Of a DNA stretch of 20,540 bases, positions 13,451-20,540 are shown in pieces. Source of the stretch: an uncultured Nitrososphaerota archaeon (GTDB lineage Archaea; Korarchaeota; Korarchaeia; Korarchaeales; Korarchaeaceae); the NCBI GenBank assembly GCA_964480775.1, contig CAYZRF010000028.1:1-20540 (forward strand), written 5' to 3'. Made by a program: the position numbers and the translations under genes. Position 1 is the first letter of the stretch, and the number at the start of each line of letters is the position of its first letter. The notes under the pieces are model-generated. The model made no database searches. It was not told where the DNA came from and saw nothing but the letters and a program-made list of their open reading frames with translations.

Positions 13451-14994
13451 ATGGGATGATCTTGAATATTCCTCTTTTGTTGTCTGGAGTACTCGTACCA
13501 ATAGTCCTGTCGGTACTCCTTCCGTTTCTAGGGAGGAGTTTAGGGAAAAAGTCTATAGCAGCAATAGCCTTCATTCTTCTACTATACCCACTGGCCTTAA
13601 CCGTATTCCTAGTTATCCAGACGGGTTTAAGAGAACCCATAGTAGATCCAGTATTCTTCCAAAGTGATTCTCTAGGCTCATTTAGCGCCCTACTAGATCC
13701 TCTAAGTGCACCCCTAGCGATATCAATAGGATTAGTCACAACTCTGATAGCCGCATTCTCACTCCCATACATGGAGCACAGGTTCGAGGAAATGGAGAAG
13801 GAAGGAGTCTCTGCTCCTGGATGGGGAACCTACTACATGCTTTACGTAATGTTCTCGGCCGCTATGATGGGAACTGTCCTATCCACAAACCTAGTTGAGT
13901 TTTACCTATTCCTTGAACTCTCGCTCTTGCCTAGCTTCTTACTCATTGCGTTCTATGGATATGGCAACAGGGAAAGAATAGCTCTCATGTACCTGATATG
14001 GACTCATGTAGGAGCTCTTTTCTTCCTGATAGGGTCCCTTGTCGTGGGTCTTAGCGCTGGTACCTTTGATTTCTACAATCCCTTAACTTTACAGCCAAAT
14101 ATGGATCTAGGAAGCGCTGTAGCACCTGCTCTAAGATTACCAGTCGCCGTAGTAATGGTTATTGGTCTATTTGTGAAGCTTGCTATCTTTGGAGTGCATA
14201 TCTGGCTACCATATGCGCATGCAGAGGCACCGACTCCCGTGTCAGCCTTGCTTTCTCCAAATCTAATTGGTATAGCGGGCTATGCGCTCATAAGAATCGC
14301 TTATACGCTATTTCCCGAGGAATTCTCCAATCTATCAAATTACATGCTTCCACTAGCACTATTGACCATAATCTACGGTGGACTCATGGCTCTATCCCAA
14401 GATGATTTCAAGAGACTTCTTGCTTACTCAAGCATCTCTCAGATGGGATATCTCCTGCTGGGGATCTCGACGCTTACAACCGCAGGGATAACTGGGGCTT
14501 TGGTGCACTATGCTGCTCACGCTGTTGGGAAAGCCCTTCTCTTCACCACAGCGGGCGTCCTGATAGTTCAACTACACGGGTTGAGAAGCATAAGTAAAAT
14601 GGGTGGAATAGCTCCAAAGATGCCTCTTACGGCTTCTCTAGCTCTTATAGGCTTTATGCATATCACCGGAATTCCACCCTCTCTTGGACTGTGGAGTGAG
14701 GTTCTCATTGTCAGCGGAGCTGCTAATAGCATCCTCAGCAAAAGTGCTCTAGCTTTCATAGGGTTGTTAGTAGCGTTGCTCATAGGAATAGGTCTGTCAA
14801 CAGCATACGCCTTCCTGACCATGAAAAGGATCTTCTTTGGACAGCCCTCAGAAGCTACCATGAAGGCCAAAGAAGCAGGAGCAGGTCTCCTAGCTCCTAT
14901 GATTATAGTGGCAGCAGTGGGCGTACTTTTGTTCATCTGGCCAAGCATCCTGATAGATCCATTGGTCTCAGCTTTGAACACCCTGCTTGGATAG
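13447..14994 (+). CDS. nuoM: NADH-quinone oxidoreductase subunit M (ND4, antiporter-like)
   Basis: 515 aa with the ND4-type HIWLPYAHAEAPTPVSALLS signature and KRLLAYSSISQMGY. GTG 13447 overlaps the nuoK stop. Distinguishing M from N by motif alone is imperfect. Confidence 0.85.
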   Translation: MNGMILNIPLLLSGVLVPIVLSVLLPFLGRSLGKKSIAAIAFILLLYPLALTVFLVIQTGLREPIVDPVFFQSDSLGSFSALLDPLSAPLAISIGLVTTLIAAFSLPYMEHRFEEMEKEGVSAPGWGTYYMLYVMFSAAMMGTVLSTNLVEFYLFLELSLLPSFLLIAFYGYGNRERIALMYLIWTHVGALFFLIGSLVVGLSAGTFDFYNPLTLQPNMDLGSAVAPALRLPVAVVMVIGLFVKLAIFGVHIWLPYAHAEAPTPVSALLSPNLIGIAGYALIRIAYTLFPEEFSNLSNYMLPLALLTIIYGGLMALSQDDFKRLLAYSSISQMGYLLLGISTLTTAGITGALVHYAAHAVGKALLFTTAGVLIVQLHGLRSISKMGGIAPKMPLTASLALIGFMHITGIPPSLGLWSEVLIVSGAANSILSKSALAFIGLLVALLIGIGLSTAYAFLTMKRIFFGQPSEATMKAKEAGAGLLAPMIIVAAVGVLLFIWPSILIDPLVSALNTLLG

Positions 14995-15008
14995 GGTGGT
15001 GATTTCTT

Positions 15009-17135
15009 ATGGAGTTAGCGCAGATCCTTGCAGTCGCCACGTGGATGTTGCCCTATGCTGGAGCCTTGGCTTCATTAATGCTCTCGCGATTAGGTAGGAT
15101 TAGAGACTTCTTGGCTGCCTCCGCGCTTGGAGCATCAGCTATCTTCATGACACTACTGCTCCGAGAAGTTCTGACGTCCAAAGAAGGGGTGGTCTCTTGG
15201 TCTGTTCCTTGGATTCCAGAACTCGGTGTGAATGTTGGAGTCTATGCTGATACCCTTTCTGCGTTCATGGCGCTCGTAGTAGCTTGGCTAAGCTTTCTTA
15301 TTGGAGTTTATAGCCTCAAGTACATGGAGGGAGATCCCGGTCTTACTAGATATTGGTTCTTCTTTGACTTCTTTGTAGGAAGCATGCTGCTCTTAGTGTT
15401 GGCAGACAACCTTCTGTTGATGTTCCTTGGCTGGGAAGGTACTGGGCTAGCCTCATATGCTCTAATTGGTCACTGGTATACTGATGAGGAAGAAAGAGGG
15501 GTTGGAGATCCAGGAAGAACGGCACTAGGAGTCTCCATGTTCTTCACCCCAAGCCATAGTGGTCTGAGAGCTCTAACATTCACTAGGCTAGGAGATGTTG
15601 GTTTTCTAACTGGCATAGGTGTTCTCTACGCCCTTACTGGAACCTTCAGTATCCCGGAGATTGCAGAACGTTCTGGAGAGTGGGCGGGTTGGCTAGCGTC
15701 TAAAGGATTGCTTCTACCATTCCTCTTAGCCTTCACTCTCGGAGCTTTAGCTAAAAGCGCTCAGTTTCCCTTCCATGAATGGCTCGTTACAGCAATGACT
15801 GGTCCTACCTCTGTTAGCGCCTTGATACACGCTGCCACTATGGTAAAGGCTGGAGTGTACTTCCTGCTTAGATTCTCACCCATATTCAAGCTGGCTTCTC
15901 ATGAAATAGCCCACACAATGCCTATGGCTGCGTCCACTATAGAGACTTATTTCGCAATCATTGCAATGATAGGTGGTTTTACTGCCTTTTTCATGGCCAC
16001 TCAAGCTCTTGTTGCTAGAGAGCTAAAGTTGATACTTGCTTTCTCGACAGCATCCCAGTTAGGCTACATGGTAATGGTATTAGGATGCTCTGGTCTCGTC
16101 GAAGAGTTTGCAAACGGGATATTGGCTGGTTTTAGCCACTTTATGAGCCATGCAATCTTTAAGGCTGCGCTGTTCCTTGGAGCTGGTGCAGTAATCCATA
16201 CAGTTCATTCGAAGTATATAGATGACATGGGCGGGCTTTCAGGTCACATGAAGATTACGTTCTATTCCATGTTAATAGCTGCTCTAAGCCTATCTGGAGT
16301 ACCTCCTCTCATGGGGTTCTGGAGTAAAGATTCTGTAGTGGAGATCGCTAGAGAGTCGGGGCTTTCAATAGTATACGCTTTGGGAGTTATCACTGCGGCA
16401 ATGACCGCCTTCTACTCAACTAGACTTATAATTAGGGCGTTTCTTGGCGAGAAATCCCACAATGTGGAGCATATAGAGGAAGAGCACAAGCTTCATGAAG
16501 CCCACCCCATCATGGCTTGTCCCTATCTGCTTCTAGCTGTAGCTTCGCTTCTATTAGGTCTCCTATGGCCTCTAATTGGTCCGAAGTTCTATGAGGCTCT
16601 ATCAGGACACATTCTAGCACTAGAAGAAGTGCCAGCTCACTTTAAGGTGCATCTTGATCCAACTTTGTTGGCGACCTCCCTAGCAATGGTGCTTTGTGGT
16701 ATTGGGATTGGAGTCTTCTCTTACACTACAAAACCTGGTAAGAACCTACTCTTAGCAATTTCAAACTCTGGACCTCTTTCAGCGATTCAATCTCTGCTCT
16801 ACGACAGGTGGTACATCAACTCAATTTACTACAGAGCGATCGTTGGAGGCTTTTCCTGGCTTTCCAGGTTTGGATCTAAGTGGTTTGATGCCTTTATCAT
16901 CGACGGGTTCTACCATAGATTTATCCCAGGAACCTTCAACCTGGCTAGCGTACTAGGATTCAAATATGTAGAGACGGATGTTGTTGACGACGGCTATCAT
17001 AAGGGACTTGTGAGGATTTTGACAGGCATAGGAAGCGAGCTGAGAAAACTTCAGACGGGCATAGTCAACCATTACCTCATCATATTCTTTGCAGGGCTAG
17101 GAATCCTAGCATACTTCCTCATATGGGTGGTGTGA
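15009..17135 (+). CDS. nuoL: NADH-quinone oxidoreductase subunit L (ND5, antiporter-like with long C-terminal extension)
   Basis: 708 aa with GWEGTGLASYALIG, SAQFPFHEWLVTAMTGPTSVSALIHAATMVKAGVY and LAFSTASQLGYM. A ~200-aa C-terminal extension ending in a transmembrane anchor is typical of the NuoL lateral helix. Confidence 0.9.
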   Translation: MELAQILAVATWMLPYAGALASLMLSRLGRIRDFLAASALGASAIFMTLLLREVLTSKEGVVSWSVPWIPELGVNVGVYADTLSAFMALVVAWLSFLIGVYSLKYMEGDPGLTRYWFFFDFFVGSMLLLVLADNLLLMFLGWEGTGLASYALIGHWYTDEEERGVGDPGRTALGVSMFFTPSHSGLRALTFTRLGDVGFLTGIGVLYALTGTFSIPEIAERSGEWAGWLASKGLLLPFLLAFTLGALAKSAQFPFHEWLVTAMTGPTSVSALIHAATMVKAGVYFLLRFSPIFKLASHEIAHTMPMAASTIETYFAIIAMIGGFTAFFMATQALVARELKLILAFSTASQLGYMVMVLGCSGLVEEFANGILAGFSHFMSHAIFKAALFLGAGAVIHTVHSKYIDDMGGLSGHMKITFYSMLIAALSLSGVPPLMGFWSKDSVVEIARESGLSIVYALGVITAAMTAFYSTRLIIRAFLGEKSHNVEHIEEEHKLHEAHPIMACPYLLLAVASLLLGLLWPLIGPKFYEALSGHILALEEVPAHFKVHLDPTLLATSLAMVLCGIGIGVFSYTTKPGKNLLLAISNSGPLSAIQSLLYDRWYINSIYYRAIVGGFSWLSRFGSKWFDAFIIDGFYHRFIPGTFNLASVLGFKYVETDVVDDGYHKGLVRILTGIGSELRKLQTGIVNHYLIIFFAGLGILAYFLIWVV

Positions 17136-17138
17136 AAG

Positions 17139-18563
17139 ATGAACGATCCTATTCTTTTGTTTGAAGACATCCTGCTTCTGCTTGTAGTCCCTGGACTTAT
17201 CCTTCCTCTTCTTAACGGAAGAAAAAGAGTTGAAAGAAAAGTTTGTCTATACATGAGCGCCTGCTGCCTTCTTGGGGCTCTAATTATCTCAGCGCTTCTT
17301 ACCTTAAAACTCTCGCGCTCTCAAGAACCTATTTTTGCTTTTAATGAGGCCCTACGATTAGATTCATACTCTGCCTACTTAGCCTTGCTCGTTAACTTTG
17401 GAGCACTTTTAGTGGTAATTGCATCATCAGCAGAGATAACTAATTGGTCAACAGCCATAAGTTCATATTCTTTGATGATGTTAGCTCTGACTGGAGTTTA
17501 CATAATGCTCTTCGTTAACGATGCTTCAGTTCTCCTTGGAGCATGGGCCTTGGTCGCAGTAGCTTCCTATGTACTCGCTGGAATTAAGAAAGACCTAAAC
17601 TCTTTAGAAGGGGCAGCTAAGTACGGGATCATGGGTGCTGCATCATCCTCTCTGCTAGTGTATGGACTGGGGCTCGTCCTAGGAATTGCGGGCACCAGTC
17701 AGCTCGTGTTTAACCTTGACCCCGCAACTACAGAGATGAGAATACTCTTTATTGGCTTCATACTTCTCATTGCTTCATTTGGATTCAAACTAGGAGTTTT
17801 TCCGTTCCACGGATGGCTACCAGACGTATATGGAGAGGTTGATCCCATACTAGTCTCTTACATAGCTGGCGTCGTTAAGATGGCTGGTATAGCTGGACTA
17901 TTGAGAGTTGTAGTCCCGCTACACGTAGTGCTAGGCGAAAAATGGCTACCAATCATGGCATTGTTCTCAATAGCAACTATGACGTTCGGAAACTTCGTTG
18001 CCTTGCTTCAGAAAAATGTGCAGAGGATGATGGCCTATAGCAGCATTGCTCACGCTGGTTACATTTTGATAGGTTTTTCGGCTCTTGCTGGTCCCGAGGC
18101 TGATTTAGCTCTCCAAGGAATAGCACTTCACCTGACAACCTATGTCTTGGCTAAGATAGGGATTTTCGTAGCACTAGCCTACATGATAAGGAAGGGTATA
18201 GCTCCTACCTTGGATGAGATAAGTGGGCTTGGGAGGAAAATGCCGGTAATCTCAGCGTCCTTAACTATTCTCGTCTTAAGCTTGATGGGCTTTCCACCTC
18301 TGCTGGGTTTCTGGAGTAAGTTCATGTACCTGTTCCTTTCCGCTACGGAGGTGGCACCATGGCTTGTATTGGCTGGTGTGCTCAACAGTGGGATCTCCGT
18401 AGGATATTACGCTCAGATAATAAGATACCTTTACTTTAGAGAAGCTACTAGAGAATTCGAAGAAGGAAAGGCGGATCCTGAGGTGTTAATCGTTCTAATA
18501 GCTGCAATAATTACAATAATTCTGGGGTTGGGAACATTCTCCCTCATTCTTTCTATATTTTAG
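17139..18563 (+). CDS. nuoN: NADH-quinone oxidoreductase subunit N (ND2, antiporter-like)
   Basis: 474 aa with FKLGVFPFHGWLPDVYGEVDPILVSY (ND2-type PDVY signature) and RMMAYSSIAHAGY. It is the last gene of the array. Confidence 0.85.
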   Translation: MNDPILLFEDILLLLVVPGLILPLLNGRKRVERKVCLYMSACCLLGALIISALLTLKLSRSQEPIFAFNEALRLDSYSAYLALLVNFGALLVVIASSAEITNWSTAISSYSLMMLALTGVYIMLFVNDASVLLGAWALVAVASYVLAGIKKDLNSLEGAAKYGIMGAASSSLLVYGLGLVLGIAGTSQLVFNLDPATTEMRILFIGFILLIASFGFKLGVFPFHGWLPDVYGEVDPILVSYIAGVVKMAGIAGLLRVVVPLHVVLGEKWLPIMALFSIATMTFGNFVALLQKNVQRMMAYSSIAHAGYILIGFSALAGPEADLALQGIALHLTTYVLAKIGIFVALAYMIRKGIAPTLDEISGLGRKMPVISASLTILVLSLMGFPPLLGFWSKFMYLFLSATEVAPWLVLAGVLNSGISVGYYAQIIRYLYFREATREFEEGKADPEVLIVLIAAIITIILGLGTFSLILSIF

Positions 18564-18661
18564 AGAATTGGAACATACTCCAGTTAGCTTAGCATCAATC
18601 ATAATTCTAGTAAAGATCAGCGCATTTGAAAAGGTTGCTTAGCGGAATAGAAATTAAGAAA

Positions 18662-18682
18662 ACACGATATACTAGATCGTGT
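18662..18682. promoter_or_regulatory. 7-7-7 inverted repeat in the spacer after nuoN and upstream of the small radical SAM gene
   Basis: ACACGAT-atactag-ATCGTGT lies 99 nt after the nuoN stop and 65 nt before the TTG at 18747. It could be a terminator-like hairpin or an operator, but no flanking T-run is present. Confidence 0.25.
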
Positions 18683-18746
18683 AGGTGCAATGATAATTCC
18701 GTTCTTACACATTTAGCATTAAGGTTAAGAATGTGGTGAGAGGTTT

Positions 18747-19571
18747 TTGGAAAGAGTATTCGTTAGAGACATCTTTGCTAAATCCATCCTATCAAAAAGC
18801 GGAATCATTGGGGTTGACTACGCTATCAACCCTTATTTGGGTTGTTCTCATGGATGTGTTTACTGCTATGCAAGACTTTACACGGCTAGATTTTGGAAGG
18901 ATCTAGCGGGAGATTATAAGTGGGGTGATTTCGTTTTTCCTAAGGTCAATGCAGCGCAGCTCCTTAGAAAGGAACTTAAGAGAAAGGAGGTCGGATTAAT
19001 CCTCTTGAGTAGCGTGACTGATCCATATCTTCCACAAGAGGGAACATACAAACTTTCAAGGAAAATTCTCAAGGTTATTAGTGATTATGAATTTCCTGTC
19101 TCAATTCTAACGAAGTCTCCCTTAGTCTTACGGGATTTAGATGTTATATCTGACCTTAAAGATGTGGAGGTCGGGTTTTCAATAAGCGGATTAGACTCTG
19201 TTTGGTTATCTCATTTTGAGCCTCGAGCTCCAAGCATTAAATCGAGATTGGCAGCGTTAAGAAGATTGTCCGAAGAGGGTATAAGGACCTACGCTTTTAT
19301 CTCTCCAATACTTCCTGGAATAACTGATACCCATCTTGATTCCTTGTTTAAACAAATAAAAAAAGCAAATCCGGATAGAATAATGGTAGATTTATTGAGA
19401 ATTAGGCCTCAACTGTGGCAGTTCGTTAAAAAGGCTGTAGAAAAAGCTCTTCCTAGTCATCTCCAAGTCTATAACAAGATAAGGTTTGATCTCTCTTACT
19501 TTTTCGAAATAAGGGAGAGATTTGAAGAGGTAGCCGCAAAATATGGTTATGAACTTGAATGGATGTATTAG
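18747..19571 (+). CDS. Radical SAM protein of the COG1533 / SplB-like (spore-photoproduct-lyase-related, DNA repair photolyase) type
   Basis: 274 aa. The N-terminal INPYLGCSHGCVYCYA (CX3CX2C close to the N-terminus) and overall size match the SplB-like family pattern. TTG start at 18747, with GGTGA at 18735-18739. Confidence 0.7.
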   Translation: MERVFVRDIFAKSILSKSGIIGVDYAINPYLGCSHGCVYCYARLYTARFWKDLAGDYKWGDFVFPKVNAAQLLRKELKRKEVGLILLSSVTDPYLPQEGTYKLSRKILKVISDYEFPVSILTKSPLVLRDLDVISDLKDVEVGFSISGLDSVWLSHFEPRAPSIKSRLAALRRLSEEGIRTYAFISPILPGITDTHLDSLFKQIKKANPDRIMVDLLRIRPQLWQFVKKAVEKALPSHLQVYNKIRFDLSYFFEIRERFEEVAAKYGYELEWMY

Positions 19572-19578
19572 TTAGAGG

Positions 19579-20540
19579 TCAGCTTAGATAGGCATCAAGG
19601 TATTGTCTTTTCGAAATATCCCTCAAGGTAACACTTATTCTCTCCCAATGTTTCAAGGATATGTTTAGAAACGAACCAACTAATTCCAAAGCCTCTCTAA
19701 GGTTTTGAGCTTTCACAGGTTTTCTTCTTAACGCAGCTCTAACGCTCTCCCTCACAAGCCACACTCCCAATGGTAGAAGGCTGTCTTTGTGTATTTCCCT
19801 TAGCACTAAAACAGTTGCCTGTCTGCCTTCTTCATTTAACTTTTCCAAGACGGCCAATCTGGCGGCGTAATAGCACCCTCCCATAGCTGCATATCCTTTC
19901 CTTCCCCAGTGCTCCTCATAATCTGCTATGAACGCAATGTTCTTTCCATCAGGATTCCAGGTAGTGCCAGGATACCAAGCTTCAATGGATTCATACCTCC
20001 AAGGTCCCGGAATCATAATTAATGCCCATTTGTTACCATATGCTTCCAAAAGATAGACTCTATACTTGTCGAGGAAGGGCTTGTCCTTCACATATCTTTC
20101 TCTAAGCCACACTCCAAGCATATCATCCACTGCGGTGATGCTCCATCTAGTAGGAACAAGTCTCCTTTGGGTTTTAAGGCCAAATGCACCTACACTAAAA
20201 GCTCTCTGTATTTTGCTTACCTCTACACCGTTTCTGTATAGCTCAACTACGGCAGTTTGAGCCTTCAAGTCCGTGTCCTCGAAAGCCTTCTCCATCCTCG
20301 GATCAGATCGAATTGAGTATATTTTCATGTCTTCAAGGGGAGCTAGCGGGCCCATCGGCTGAATTTCATCGTCTAGCAGGAATATTTTCTTTGGCTTTTT
20401 CTTGAACTTAGTTTCAGAGTCAACCGATATCTCAGAGAGGGCCATCTCAAGGGTGCCTTCCATCAAACGTCCAGCTTTCTCAGGCCTTCTGACGTCAACG
20501 GGGAAGGTTCCTCTCACCAATCCAAGCCTAAACTCTAAGA
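19579..20540 (-). CDS. Probable Nre-family (DUF650/DUF651) archaeal DNA-repair factor; N-terminus lies outside the window
   Basis: The frame stays open past the annotated TTG (20518-20520) to the window edge (..LEFRLGL precedes it). The recalled family hallmark is RRLVPTRWSITAVDD, together with GGCYYAARLAV and LPLGVWLVRE. The N-terminal Zn-finger expected for Nre proteins is missing, which fits truncation by the window end. The family assignment is from memory of conserved blocks, not from a search. Confidence 0.55.
   Translation of the reverse strand, partial: LEFRLGLVRGTFPVDVRRPEKAGRLMEGTLEMALSEISVDSETKFKKKPKKIFLLDDEIQPMGPLAPLEDMKIYSIRSDPRMEKAFEDTDLKAQTAVVELYRNGVEVSKIQRAFSVGAFGLKTQRRLVPTRWSITAVDDMLGVWLRERYVKDKPFLDKYRVYLLEAYGNKWALIMIPGPWRYESIEAWYPGTTWNPDGKNIAFIADYEEHWGRKGYAAMGGCYYAARLAVLEKLNEEGRQATVLVLREIHKDSLLPLGVWLVRESVRAALRRKPVKAQNLREALELVGSFLNISLKHWERISVTLRDISKRQYLDAYLS

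Noticed and set aside
18584-18643. Repeated 7-mer GCTTAGC (18587-18593 and 18637-18643) downstream of nuoN.
   Set aside because: Only two copies of a 7-mer are present, with non-matching flanks. This is not distinguishable from chance and shows no array structure.
1-20540. CRISPR arrays, transposases, integrases, terminal inverted repeats, rRNA/tRNA genes, toxin-antitoxin or defence-system genes.
   Set aside because: Reading both strands, I found no periodic direct repeats, no recombinase-like ORF and no structured RNA candidates. All large ORFs are accounted for by housekeeping, lipid, respiratory or repair families.

Overview
This window is an almost fully coding archaeal chromosomal segment. 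Gene style suggests a TACK/Thermoproteota-like organism: GGAGG-type Shine-Dalgarno sites, frequent TTG/GTG starts, ATGA-type overlaps and an 11-subunit nuo operon without nuoEFG. All calls rest on motifs read from the ORF translations; no database search was possible. Every gene except the last lies on the + strand. In order, the window holds: (1) the 3' part of hypD, overlapping a complete hypF ([NiFe]-hydrogenase maturation). (2) An isoprenoid cluster of two translationally coupled geranylgeranyl-reductase-family flavoproteins, an unusually short trans-polyprenyl diphosphate synthase and a 573-aa cobalamin-domain (class B-like) radical SAM enzyme. (3) A compact nuoABCDHIJKMLN operon, a complex I-type core with no NADH-dehydrogenase module. 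(4) A COG1533/SplB-like radical SAM protein converging, 7 bp stop-to-stop, on a probable Nre-family DNA-repair gene that runs off the window end. I saw no rRNA, tRNA, CRISPR array or mobile element. The two most interesting parts are the uncharacterised isoprenoid-tailoring cluster directly upstream of the quinone-reducing complex, and the radical-SAM/Nre convergent pair.
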